From Saprospiraceae bacterium (GTDB taxonomy: Bacteria > Bacteroidota > Bacteroidia > Chitinophagales > Saprospiraceae): a stretch of DNA of 32,000 nucleotides. Under the pieces are notes generated by a model that was given only the letters and a program-made list of their open reading frames with translations, was not told the origin of the DNA and did no database searches. Positions 18,201-27,275 of this stretch are shown here, piece by piece (within the stretch, counting starts at the first letter, position 1; every line of letters starts with the position of its first letter). Position numbers and translations under genes: made by a program. The stretch spans positions 4,079,804-4,111,803 of the forward strand of contig OZ252053.1 of NCBI GenBank assembly GCA_965247965.1, given 5' to 3'.

Positions 18201-18794
18201 CTAATGAAATCGCGCCGTTCCAACAATATGATCAATATCCTCTTTGATATAATCCGTCACCGTGGCAAGCGAATCATTAGCAGCGCCGCTGTTGTAGTAA
18301 AGCGAACCTCTGATAAAATTATGTGTTCCATCAGTTAAATAGAACTGTAACGGTGACGCCACAGGCCCGCCAATCTCAAAGATCACTCCTTTTAATCCAT
18401 GCCGATTCTCAATAAAAGATTCCTGCCGAGAATTGGCTTTATCGTTGTGTTTGCTTGCCATCAGATAAGCGTCGTCTACCAATTTGTCCAAAGTTTGATT
18501 TCGGTCTATGTCGTGGGAGGTAAAATATAAGGTAGCATTCAAATCATCGTAGAGTAGATTAAACCAACATTCGTTAGCAGGATCTTCGTTGAAAAATTGT
18601 CTCTTTCTGTTAAACTCAGTAATAGTAGGACACTCAAATGCAACCAAACAAAACGATTGTGAAAATGGCCGGTATGATTTCTTCGGAAATTCAATTCTTG
18701 GATAGGAATACGGTTTGGGAGAGGCGATCTTTCCTTCATTGCATGACCAACAAAAACCCAGAACCAAACTAAAGATGAATATTGATCTTTTCAA
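18201..18794 (-). CDS. gldD: gliding motility lipoprotein GldD
   Basis: 197 aa with lipobox LGFCWSC, then PKPYSYPRIEFPKKSY, which resembles the GldD N-terminus. It lies immediately downstream of gldE and overlaps it. Confidence 0.75.
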   Translation of the reverse strand: MKRSIFIFSLVLGFCWSCNEGKIASPKPYSYPRIEFPKKSYRPFSQSFCLVAFECPTITEFNRKRQFFNEDPANECWFNLLYDDLNATLYFTSHDIDRNQTLDKLVDDAYLMASKHNDKANSRQESFIENRHGLKGVIFEIGGPVASPLQFYLTDGTHNFIRGSLYYNSGAANDSLATVTDYIKEDIDHIVGTARFH

Positions 18795-20163
18795 TTCTCC
18801 TCTTACTTACGGATACAATTTTAAATCGCAATTGCTTGTATTTTATTTCACGATCGCGGTTGGGCAAGCTACCGGTCATCTCGATAATAAGTCCGGCTAT
18901 TGAATCCGCCGAACCTCTAGCGTCATCAAAAATATCTTTATCTAAGTCCAAAATTCTGATCACGTCATTGAGTAAGCTTTTGCCTTCAAAGATATAGTTG
19001 TGGTCGTCGATTTTGGAATAATCGACCTCTTCCTCCTGATCAAATTCGTCTTTTATTTCTCCAATTACTTCCTCCATTATGTCTTCCATAGTAATCACCC
19101 CACCACTTCCTCCGTATTCATCTACTACGATTCCCATGTGAGTTCTCTTGGATTGGAATTCTCTCAGAAGATCATAGATTTTTTTGGATTCAGGCACGTA
19201 GAGCACATTATTTCGTATGAGTTTCTGCCAAATAAATGAACTCTTCTCTTCACTATATCCCAATAAATCTTTCACGTAGAGAAGGCCTTTTATATTGTCA
19301 AAATCTTCCTCATAAACAGGAATTCTCGAAAAGCCGGAATCTCTGACGATTTTCATAACCTGCACAAAATCTGATGATTCTTCAATAGCCACCACATCCA
19401 CACGGCTTTTCATAATCTGTTTGGCGGTGACATCTCCGAAATTTATGATTCCTTTGAGGATATCTATTTCTCCACTGTCATCATCACTTACTGCTAATTC
19501 GATAGCCGTGTCTATTTCTTTTTTATCCGTGGGTTTTGCGTGTGTCCGTAATCTTTTTTCGTAAATATTAGTCTCTATTCGTGCGCTCCATTCCACGAGC
19601 AGCGTGCTCAAGGGTCGATAAATTCTATTCAAAAAAAGTAGCACTGGGGCCATCAATCGGGAATGTCTGAGATTGTGGAGATTGGCGTATATTTTGGGTG
19701 ATACTTCTCCGAAAAGAACCAATAAAAAAGTAATACCTGCGGTGGTGATCAAAAAATTAATGCCCCTTGATATGCTCCCGATTCTCGTTGTGCTTATCGC
19801 AAAGGTATCCGTCAACGATTCGGCCCAGCTTTGAAACAAAGCTTCGGGAAACAATTTAGTTACAAGAAAATAAGATATGATGACAATAGCTATATTGATA
19901 AAGTTATTGCTGATCAGTATGGTAGCAAGAAGGTACCTCGGCTTGTCTCTCAACTTTTCTATTTTTCGGAAGGATACCGGATTTTTATCCTCTAGTTTTT
20001 TGAGATCATTAGGTTTCAAGGAAAAAAGCGCCACTTCGGAAGCTGATATAAGAGCGGAGCATACCAGTAGGATGACTAGTATAAAAAAGCCAATGGAAAT
20101 GCTCCAAAAATCAGCAGAAAACAATACGTAAAGGATCGAATAACTCGAGGGATCAGGATCCAA
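18769..20163 (-). CDS. gldE: gliding motility-associated protein GldE (CNNM/CorC-type TM, CBS pair and CorC_HlyC domains)
   Basis: 464 aa with a TTG start giving (M)DPDPSS..., the typical GldE N-terminus. It has DUF21-like TM helices, a CBS pair and a C-terminal transporter-associated domain. It overlaps gldD by 26 nt. Confidence 0.85.
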   Translation of the reverse strand: MDPDPSSYSILYVLFSADFWSISIGFFILVILLVCSALISASEVALFSLKPNDLKKLEDKNPVSFRKIEKLRDKPRYLLATILISNNFINIAIVIISYFLVTKLFPEALFQSWAESLTDTFAISTTRIGSISRGINFLITTAGITFLLVLFGEVSPKIYANLHNLRHSRLMAPVLLFLNRIYRPLSTLLVEWSARIETNIYEKRLRTHAKPTDKKEIDTAIELAVSDDDSGEIDILKGIINFGDVTAKQIMKSRVDVVAIEESSDFVQVMKIVRDSGFSRIPVYEEDFDNIKGLLYVKDLLGYSEEKSSFIWQKLIRNNVLYVPESKKIYDLLREFQSKRTHMGIVVDEYGGSGGVITMEDIMEEVIGEIKDEFDQEEEVDYSKIDDHNYIFEGKSLLNDVIRILDLDKDIFDDARGSADSIAGLIIEMTGSLPNRDREIKYKQLRFKIVSVSKRRIEKINIHL

Positions 20164-20193
20164 GGTCGATGGTTTCGTTAAGTAATATCACAT

Positions 20194-20646
20194 CTAAAAC
20201 GGCAGATCATCGTCGTCGGGAGTTGTTGTCGTCGGCGCTTCCACAGTTGTTTTTTCTACTGTTGGGAATTCCTGTTCTACATCAGTAAAACCTGTATCCG
20301 GAGCAGGAGCGATTTCAGATTCCCTTCTTTCCAGTGACCGAACTATGCGGGCAACTATGTCAGTCGTATACCGGTCTTTGCCGTCCTGATCTTGCCACTT
20401 TCGAGTTGTCAGTTTCCCTTCGATGTACACGCGGTTTCCCTTTTTAAGGGTTTTTTCTACGCGTTCTGCGAGGCCTCTCCAGCAGACAATGTTGTGCCAT
20501 TCGGTGAGTGTCTGCCATTCGCCGTTTTTGTCCTGGTAGCTCTCACTAGTAGCAACCGAAAATTTGCTAACGGCTACACCACTATCGAGATGGCGCGATT
20601 CCGGGTCTTTCCCCAGATTTCCAATAAGGATGACTTTGTTGATCAT
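20194..20646 (-). CDS. ssb: single-stranded DNA-binding protein
   Basis: 150 aa. MINKVILIGNLGKDPE is an OB-fold signature, and the acidic tail ends in DDDDLPF. Confidence 0.95.
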   Translation of the reverse strand: MINKVILIGNLGKDPESRHLDSGVAVSKFSVATSESYQDKNGEWQTLTEWHNIVCWRGLAERVEKTLKKGNRVYIEGKLTTRKWQDQDGKDRYTTDIVARIVRSLERRESEIAPAPDTGFTDVEQEFPTVEKTTVEAPTTTTPDDDDLPF

Positions 20647-20702
20647 GTTGGTTATTTATCTAAAATTAAGAAAATGAGTACAGTAATCGCACCTAGGGCG
20701 AA

Positions 20703-21752
20703 CTATTTATCCGATTCATTGAGAAATGCATAAAGAGGTCTTGGAAATGCAAATGTATGCAGTTCTTCTACTTTTTCCAACCGTCCATTTTCGAAGTATG
20801 GACTGTTGAGTAGGGCATCAATTTTATAAAAAGAAATGTGAAGGAGCTGGTGACTTAGCCTGTGGACTTTTTTTGACCACAGAGACATGTTAATATTATT
20901 TTGTTCGTGTAATATTTCCTTCTTCACGACTCTTATGCTTATGCTTTTTGATGATTCAAAAAGAGGAAATTCGTGCAATTTTGCCCAGATATCACATTCA
21001 GTTCTTTGTTGGATGAAAATTTCGCCCGCTTTCTGATATATGAAGTAGTGAAAGTACCTTTCTCGGACTCTGGTTTTCTTTTCTTTTACAGGAATGACAT
21101 CCACCAGATTTTTGCGATAGGCTGAGCAATACGTACCTAAAACACATGATGAACAAATCGGATTTCGAGGCTTGCATTGTAAAGCACCGAAATCCATAAT
21201 GGCTTGGTTGTAGGCTCCCGGAGAAGAAAAGTCAAGGCACCGCTGAGCCAATTTATCAACATATTTTTTTCCTTTTGAAGAATCAATGGATTGCGCATAT
21301 CCAAAGTATCGACTCAATACTCGGATCACATTTCCATCAACTACAGCATAAGGCAAGCCAAACGCAAAGCTCGCTATTGCCGAAGCAGTGTAAGTGCCAA
21401 TACCTTTCAGTGAAAGTATGTCGTCATAACTATCGGGAAACCGACCGTCAAATCTCCGTACAATGTCTTTGGCGGCTTCATGCATATTACGAGCGCGGGA
21501 ATAATAGCCCAAACCTTCCCATATCTTAAGAACTTCTTCCATTGGAGCTTGAGCAAGTGAAGAAACCGTCGGAAATTGTTTGATAAAGTTTAAGTAATAA
21601 GGCCTGCCTTGCTCTACCCGAGTCTGCTGAAGGATGATCTCAGAAACCCAAATGTGGTAGACATCCCTGGTTTTTTTCCACGGCAAATCTCTTTCGATTG
21701 ATTTATGCCAATCTTGAATAGTTCTTGTAAAATAGTCTGACCTTTTACTCAA
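20703..21752 (-). CDS. mutY: A/G-specific adenine DNA glycosylase
   Basis: 349 aa. It has an HhH-GPD region (LKGIGTYTASAI), a 4Fe-4S cluster loop (C..C..C.....C: CKPRNPICSSCVLGTYC) and a C-terminal NUDIX-like domain. The TTG start overlaps the sigma-factor stop as TTGA. Confidence 0.9.
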   Translation of the reverse strand: MSKRSDYFTRTIQDWHKSIERDLPWKKTRDVYHIWVSEIILQQTRVEQGRPYYLNFIKQFPTVSSLAQAPMEEVLKIWEGLGYYSRARNMHEAAKDIVRRFDGRFPDSYDDILSLKGIGTYTASAIASFAFGLPYAVVDGNVIRVLSRYFGYAQSIDSSKGKKYVDKLAQRCLDFSSPGAYNQAIMDFGALQCKPRNPICSSCVLGTYCSAYRKNLVDVIPVKEKKTRVRERYFHYFIYQKAGEIFIQQRTECDIWAKLHEFPLFESSKSISIRVVKKEILHEQNNINMSLWSKKVHRLSHQLLHISFYKIDALLNSPYFENGRLEKVEELHTFAFPRPLYAFLNESDK

Positions 21753-22297
21753 GCTGACAACCTGGATCGAATAGTAGAATGATTACCATAGAGCATCTCA
21801 ATCTTGTCCTTAAGCGCCCGGCGCGCAAAGAAAATCCTACTTTTTACAGTACCTAAAGGCAGCTCCAGATGATCGGCAATCTCCTGGTATTTGTAGCCTA
21901 TATAATGCATTTCGAAAGGTACTCTTATAGAATCATCCAGGGCCTTAATCATTTCCTTGAGTTCTTTCATCATGATATTCGTCCCTGCTCCGTTTTCTAT
22001 ACCAATGCCGCTCGAGTTGAGGAAATACAAATTATCCGTCTTATCCATAATCGTATTCGCTTTGGATTTTTTCCTATAATTATTGATGAAAATATTCTTC
22101 ATTATAGTAAAAAGCCATGCCTTTAGATTGGTGCCAACCCGGAATTTGTCTCTGTTTGTAATCGCGCGGAAAGCGGTTTCCTGGTACAAGTCCTTTGCTT
22201 CTTCGCCGTCTTTGGTGAGGTTGTATGCAAAGGCATTCAGTGATTTGGTTAGCTCTTGAAAGTTTTGATTGAATTCAACTTTGGATAATATTTCCAT
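21749..22297 (-). CDS. sigma-70 family (ECF-type) RNA polymerase sigma factor
   Basis: 182 aa. Region 2 reads DLYQETAFRA...KAWLFTIMKNIFINNYRK and region 4 reads YQEIADHLELPLGTVKSRIFFARRAL. No anti-sigma gene is adjacent. Confidence 0.85.
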   Translation of the reverse strand: MEILSKVEFNQNFQELTKSLNAFAYNLTKDGEEAKDLYQETAFRAITNRDKFRVGTNLKAWLFTIMKNIFINNYRKKSKANTIMDKTDNLYFLNSSGIGIENGAGTNIMMKELKEMIKALDDSIRVPFEMHYIGYKYQEIADHLELPLGTVKSRIFFARRALKDKIEMLYGNHSTIRSRLSA

Positions 22298-22473
22298 GAT
22301 GAGGTTTTTCCGTTCAATGCGAATATATATCTTTGTTTAACAAAATACAAGATTATATTGAACAAAACTTGTATAAAACAAAAAATTAAAACTTTTTAGT
22401 ACATAAGTAGCTGATAATCAATCTAATTATCTAGAGCATTTAATTAAAAGTTTCAAAGAAAATTGAAAATTAT

Positions 22474-23562
22474 TTAACCTTGAGCGCTCTTGAGAAGGTA
22501 TATTGACAGCATGCCAAATACAATATTAGGTATCCAACATCCTATAATCGGCGGTAAAGAAAGATTGGTGGCGTACGTAACAGTAAATTTTGACAATACA
22601 ACGAAAATCGATCCCAAGGCAATCCCGGCTGCCAAATGAAATCCAAGACCTCCTCGTATTTTACGCGATGCAAGAGAGGCTCCTATCAGGGTAAGAATAA
22701 TAACTGTAAACGGATCAGAGGTGCGCCGATATAATTCTATTGCGTACTTCCTGGTATTGTCCAGTCCTCGCGAATTTTCTATTCGTATTAGCTCTTTAAG
22801 GTCGGGAGTGATCATCATTTCCATTTTCTTACTGTGGCGTATAAAATCATCAGGAAAAAGTGCAAGACTGGTGTCAATCGACCCTCTCGAATAATCCACA
22901 TGCCATTCATCATCTCCAATAAATTCCCTGATTTCGTAGTCCTCCGCTCGCCATGTGGAAGGGGGTGAAACAAACTTTAGATTCTTTACTTTGAAAACCT
23001 TTTCGAGGTGCCCCCGGTCATCAAAAGACTCTATGCGAAAAGTCTTAATTGTAGTATCGCGAATGCTGTAATAACGGCAATAGATCTTTTCACGCTCGCT
23101 GACAAACCAATGCAGATCGTGCGAAAGTACCTTCCTGTTCGACCTTTTGATATACTCGCTTTCGAATTCGACCTTTTTCTTTGTACTCCTCGGGATCACA
23201 TAGTTGTTACCTATCCATAATAAAATGGCAATAAAAGAGGCCGCCAGAAGCATGGGATATAGTATTCGACTGAACTTCATACCCGCATTGAGCATCGAGA
23301 TAATTTCGGAATTTCTTGCCATTCTGGACGTAAAATAGATCACCGCAAGAAGGGAAAATAAGGGCCAGAGCAGGCCATTTATCCACGGAATAAAATGGGA
23401 ATAATATTCCACCAATACCTGTCGCGCGGAAAGATTAGCGGCAATAAACCTTCCAATCATCTCACTGGCATTGATCAGCACCGACACAATGGAAAAGATA
23501 ACCACCGTGTAAAAGAAGGTACCGAGGAATTTTTTGATGATATACCGATCAAGGATTTTCAT
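22474..23562 (-). CDS. LptF/LptG family lipopolysaccharide export permease
   Basis: 362 aa. MKILDRYIIKKFLGTFFYT is the typical YjgP/YjgQ N-terminus. It has 3+3 TM segments with a periplasmic beta-jellyroll insert. Confidence 0.85.
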   Translation of the reverse strand: MKILDRYIIKKFLGTFFYTVVIFSIVSVLINASEMIGRFIAANLSARQVLVEYYSHFIPWINGLLWPLFSLLAVIYFTSRMARNSEIISMLNAGMKFSRILYPMLLAASFIAILLWIGNNYVIPRSTKKKVEFESEYIKRSNRKVLSHDLHWFVSEREKIYCRYYSIRDTTIKTFRIESFDDRGHLEKVFKVKNLKFVSPPSTWRAEDYEIREFIGDDEWHVDYSRGSIDTSLALFPDDFIRHSKKMEMMITPDLKELIRIENSRGLDNTRKYAIELYRRTSDPFTVIILTLIGASLASRKIRGGLGFHLAAGIALGSIFVVLSKFTVTYATNLSLPPIIGCWIPNIVFGMLSIYLLKSAQG

Positions 23563-23624
23563 AAATCAATCGTATGAAAAGAACGTCAGAAAGTGGAATG
23601 ACTTATGAAAAGGTAAAAAAGTTG

Positions 23625-24569
23625 TCAAAGCACCAAATCCCTGTAAGGCATTACCATGTCAATCCCTTTCTTGCCAAAGTAGTCCTTCACTTTATCCGGG
23701 GGCTCATTAGTAACTGCCAAAATAAAATCCCCTCCCCAGGCACCTAGAGATTTAATGGTACCGTTGAAATCTCCAAACATATTATCCTGAATTCTTGTCA
23801 TCCCAATGGCATCGGAAATTATTTTTTCATGTTCCAGGATGAGTTCTTCAAAAGTTCCTTTGTCCTGACAGTTTAGCAAACTTTCCGTAATTTCTGATAT
23901 GGAAGACACTAGCCTTTTAGGTTTTTTAACCATTCTTCGGTAATAGTTGATAGATGCTGCCGTGTTTTGCTTTTTACCCAGGTAAGCCAAAAAAAGACAC
24001 TCTTCAAAAGGAAACTTCAAATCAACTGCTTCGTAATGCAGTTCTTCATCAGCGATCTGATAAATTATGGGCCCTTCTGCGAATGCACATGCTATATCAT
24101 AAGCACTTCCCGAAGCCATTTCAAAATACAAATGGAATGCACTCACCTCGGCCCACTCCGAGACGGTATAAATCAGACTTGAGCTCGAACCGAGCCCCCA
24201 AAAACGCGAAAATTCCAAATGTGTATTGACCCGATATCCGTTCCAATTGTTCAGAAATTCGGAGTTTTGTTGTACGGCGCCTTTGAGCAACTTTTGGATA
24301 AATAGCGAAATATCGTCATCCGAGGTACGCACCGGAGAAAAGTCGTATAATGAAATCTGAGATTCAAACCACAGATCGCCGTTTTCATCAAAACTTTCCC
24401 ACACCAAATCTGATCCTCTCAAGGGTTTCACTTCTAGGGTCTGGCCTTTCTTACAGGGAAGGGCAATGGCCTTAGCGCCATCTATGACGGCATATTCTCC
24501 TGTAAGAAGAAGTTTGCCGCGGCCGAAAAACTTTTTAATTGCGATTGTTAAGGATTTACGAGCAACCAA
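23625..24569 (-). CDS. GHMP-family kinase of the Bacteroidota 'GYDIA'-type group; candidate mevalonate-pathway kinase
   Basis: 314 aa. Motif I is GKLLLTGEYAVIDGAKAIA, motif II is WGLGSSSSLI, and a SAYDIA motif is present. It lies immediately downstream of HMG-CoA reductase. The start is uncertain: TTG in the track and no in-frame ATG near the N-terminus. Confidence 0.75.
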   Translation of the reverse strand: MVARKSLTIAIKKFFGRGKLLLTGEYAVIDGAKAIALPCKKGQTLEVKPLRGSDLVWESFDENGDLWFESQISLYDFSPVRTSDDDISLFIQKLLKGAVQQNSEFLNNWNGYRVNTHLEFSRFWGLGSSSSLIYTVSEWAEVSAFHLYFEMASGSAYDIACAFAEGPIIYQIADEELHYEAVDLKFPFEECLFLAYLGKKQNTAASINYYRRMVKKPKRLVSSISEITESLLNCQDKGTFEELILEHEKIISDAIGMTRIQDNMFGDFNGTIKSLGAWGGDFILAVTNEPPDKVKDYFGKKGIDMVMPYRDLVL

Positions 24570-24695
24570 ATGTAAGAAATATATGTAGTTTGTGAATATT
24601 TAAACGGCAGTTAATCAGGGGATTAGTGAAGAAGCAAATGGTCGACGGCCAACGACAGACGGCGGACGGAAGTGAAGAATATTAAATTTGTCAGA

Positions 24696-26033
24696 TCACG
24701 TTCCATAGTTCCTGAGATAATCAAGGTATTCTCGCACTTTAGAAAAAGAAACCAACCTCGTCCCAAAATGCTCAACAGCTGCTGCAAATTCTTTTTCCGT
24801 TGCGTGTAATTGGTTAAGAATATTGGACAGATGCATTTTCATATGACCTTTTTGGATTCCTGTTGTGACCAAAGAACGTAAGGCTCCAAAATTTTGCATG
24901 AGGCCTGTTGAAACAATGACTTGCATTAATTCACGGGCGTTGGGATTACCTAATAATTCTAATGACTTACTTGCCAGTGGATGAAGTTTAGTCAGACCGC
25001 CAACGGTACCGATAGGCACGGGCATTTCGAGCCAAAAAGTGAATATTCCATTTTCGATGGAACAATCAGATAAGCCCTGGTATTTGCCATTCGCGGCAGC
25101 GTAAGTATGACCACATGCCTCAATAGCTCTAAAATCATTCCCCGTAGCAAGGACAATGGCATCTATTCCGTTGAATATTCCTTTGTTGTGGGTAGCAGCG
25201 CGATGTGTGTCCAATTTGGCAATGCGCACTGCTTTGTAAAATTTGTCTGCAAATTTCTCCGCATTGATTCCGTTTGGAAATGTTCCAAGTTCTTTCACTT
25301 TGCAGCTTACGGATGCGCTCGCAAGACATTCAGGATTATAATTGGATAATATACAAAGGATGATGTCGACCGTCTTTTCTTCACCAAAGAAATAGGAGGA
25401 TGTGTGAACTTGATACTTCCACAAGGACGCAACTTTTTCGAGGACGGAGTTGATGAAATTCGCACCCATCGAGTCGCATGTTTCAAATTTTATTTCGATC
25501 TGAAAATACCCCTCATCTTCTTCGGTTTTATCTAGTAGTTGCATAGATAGAATGCCGCCACCACGTGCTTCCATTTGAGCAGTTATTTCTTTGCACCCTT
25601 TGAGAAGATCGTGCTTTTTAGAAATAAAAAATTGATAGAGTTTGGCCCCTTCACCTGTCCAATAGAGATGAATATGTCCCAATTTAACTGTATCGATCAC
25701 TTTTGCCGAAATGCCCCCGCGAGTTGACCAATATTTAGCGGCATTAGAAACAGCAGCGACTACCGAACTTTCTTCGATGACCATGGGAACACAATACTTC
25801 TTGTCATTGATCAAAAAGTGCGGGGCCACACCAAAGGGGATCGGAAAGTTGCAGAGGGTATTCTCGCTGAAATTATCAAGTTTTTTTTGTACGTCCAGGT
25901 CAGGATGTTGAAAGCCTTCCAATTCTGTGAATAGACTTTCTTCTTGATTCAAGAATTTTTCCTGCACCCATTTTATCTTCTCTTTTTTGGAGAGCTTTGA
26001 GAAGCTGGTTTTTTTGCTTTTTGGCTCTTTCAC
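24696..26033 (-). CDS. mvaA: hydroxymethylglutaryl-CoA reductase, class II
   Basis: 445 aa. PMVIEESSVVAAVSNAAK, DSMGANFINS and HMKMH are class II HMGR signatures. The GTG start overlaps the stop of the upstream isomerase gene as GTGA. Confidence 0.9.
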   Translation of the reverse strand: MKEPKSKKTSFSKLSKKEKIKWVQEKFLNQEESLFTELEGFQHPDLDVQKKLDNFSENTLCNFPIPFGVAPHFLINDKKYCVPMVIEESSVVAAVSNAAKYWSTRGGISAKVIDTVKLGHIHLYWTGEGAKLYQFFISKKHDLLKGCKEITAQMEARGGGILSMQLLDKTEEDEGYFQIEIKFETCDSMGANFINSVLEKVASLWKYQVHTSSYFFGEEKTVDIILCILSNYNPECLASASVSCKVKELGTFPNGINAEKFADKFYKAVRIAKLDTHRAATHNKGIFNGIDAIVLATGNDFRAIEACGHTYAAANGKYQGLSDCSIENGIFTFWLEMPVPIGTVGGLTKLHPLASKSLELLGNPNARELMQVIVSTGLMQNFGALRSLVTTGIQKGHMKMHLSNILNQLHATEKEFAAAVEHFGTRLVSFSKVREYLDYLRNYGT

Positions 26034-27061
26034 CTTCGGAGGCTTAAATATTCAGCGGCAAATTGATATCCTTTTATTTGTTCTTCGACATATTTTGCGA
26101 GGACTTCATAGCCTTCTTCCGCGTATTTTAAAAAAGTCGAAGCCTGACCATATACTGAAGGAAATTTACACAATTCATTCAGATAATAACCTGTCAGATA
26201 ACCATTTATTCCACCTGAAATAATAATTTGCTTGGTAAGATAGGAAGTATCGGAATTAGCGAATTCATTTAAAAAATAGATCATTTCTTCCGCAGTATGA
26301 CCAATGTCAATAAGATCAGTATGATATGAATCTCCATTTCGCAATGACTCGACTCTTGAAAAATTTGTGCCGCCGAATCCGGCCAATTCGATTCCGGCAA
26401 TATTGAGATCAAGTAACGCTTTGAGACTCTCAGGCCCAAATCCCTGACCTACCTCTTTTACAATAATGCTAATTTCTAATTTGCTGAGCACCTCTTGAAT
26501 ACATTCGACTGGAATCATATCGATGACATCTCCTTCTCGTTGCAACCATTCCTGGAGAGGATTGATATGGATGATGAGCCCATCCGCCCTAAGCCGTTTG
26601 AGTAGTCGCGCGATTTTTTCGAATTCCTTTCTTCTTACAACATCGATTACCTGAGCAATACCCAGATTGGCATATAATGGTTGAATTCCTATGATGCCTC
26701 TGACATCAAAATCTGGCAAATATTCATCACTTTCTAAAAGTTGTCGGCAAGAGCCCAGTCCCATTCCTAGCTTATATTCGCAACATACTCTGGCCAGGTT
26801 GTGATTTATCTTCCGCGCTCTTTCCGTTCCTCCAGTCATACTTGATACCCAAATAGGTGCACTCATATTGCTGTCTAAAAAGTGGAGTTCGATAGTATTT
26901 CGTGGCCCAGGCATTTTATTAATTGCAGGTTCGTAATAAAATCGACAATCCACCTGATCCCTTCCTGTTTGAGATTGGAAAGCAAGAGCAATATGATCCT
27001 CTTTTCTTTGAGATGCCTTACTGTCTGTTTTATTCGCCGCCATGTTGCAGAATACAAACAT
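26030..27061 (-). CDS. fni: type 2 isopentenyl-diphosphate delta-isomerase (FMN-dependent)
   Basis: 343 aa. RKEDHI, SSMTGGT and ELAGFGGTNF are IDI-2 signatures. The start may be the ATG at 27043 (MAANKTD). Confidence 0.9.
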   Translation of the reverse strand: MFVFCNMAANKTDSKASQRKEDHIALAFQSQTGRDQVDCRFYYEPAINKMPGPRNTIELHFLDSNMSAPIWVSSMTGGTERARKINHNLARVCCEYKLGMGLGSCRQLLESDEYLPDFDVRGIIGIQPLYANLGIAQVIDVVRRKEFEKIARLLKRLRADGLIIHINPLQEWLQREGDVIDMIPVECIQEVLSKLEISIIVKEVGQGFGPESLKALLDLNIAGIELAGFGGTNFSRVESLRNGDSYHTDLIDIGHTAEEMIYFLNEFANSDTSYLTKQIIISGGINGYLTGYYLNELCKFPSVYGQASTFLKYAEEGYEVLAKYVEEQIKGYQFAAEYLSLRR

Positions 27062-27275
27062 AAGTACTAATCCGAAGGTTGACAGCGTTTTGTGAGCGTG
27101 ATTGGCAATTCATTTTGTAGCATTCGCAAAGAGGTCAGCCGTGTCTGCCAACAGGCAATGAGTTTTTTTTGCTGGATTATGCTAGTCCAGGCGAATCCGC
27201 CAACCGGCAGATCTCGCCAAAATTATGGCTGCATCTCGAACTGCACACTGAGTATTTTAAACCATTAAATGTTTT

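Noticed and set aside
24644-24670. Clustered GACGG/GACAG motifs (gacggccaacgacagacggcggacgga) between HMG-CoA reductase and the GHMP kinase gene
   Set aside because: There are only three to four short, degenerate copies without regular spacing. I could propose no hairpin or recognisable binding-site architecture.
27104-27119. Sigma-54-like -24/-12 promoter (TGGCAattcatTTTGT) upstream of the TPR gene; rpoN is in the window
   Set aside because: The GG is present, but the -12 position has TG instead of the essential GC. It lies ~160 nt from the start codon and no enhancer-binding protein gene is nearby.
27062-27275. Small hairpins and TGCC-N4-GGCA-like motifs in the divergent fni / TPR promoter region, including a hairpin followed by T8
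   Set aside because: The stems are only 4 bp and no upstream plus-strand gene needs a terminator there. The evidence is insufficient for an sRNA or operator call.
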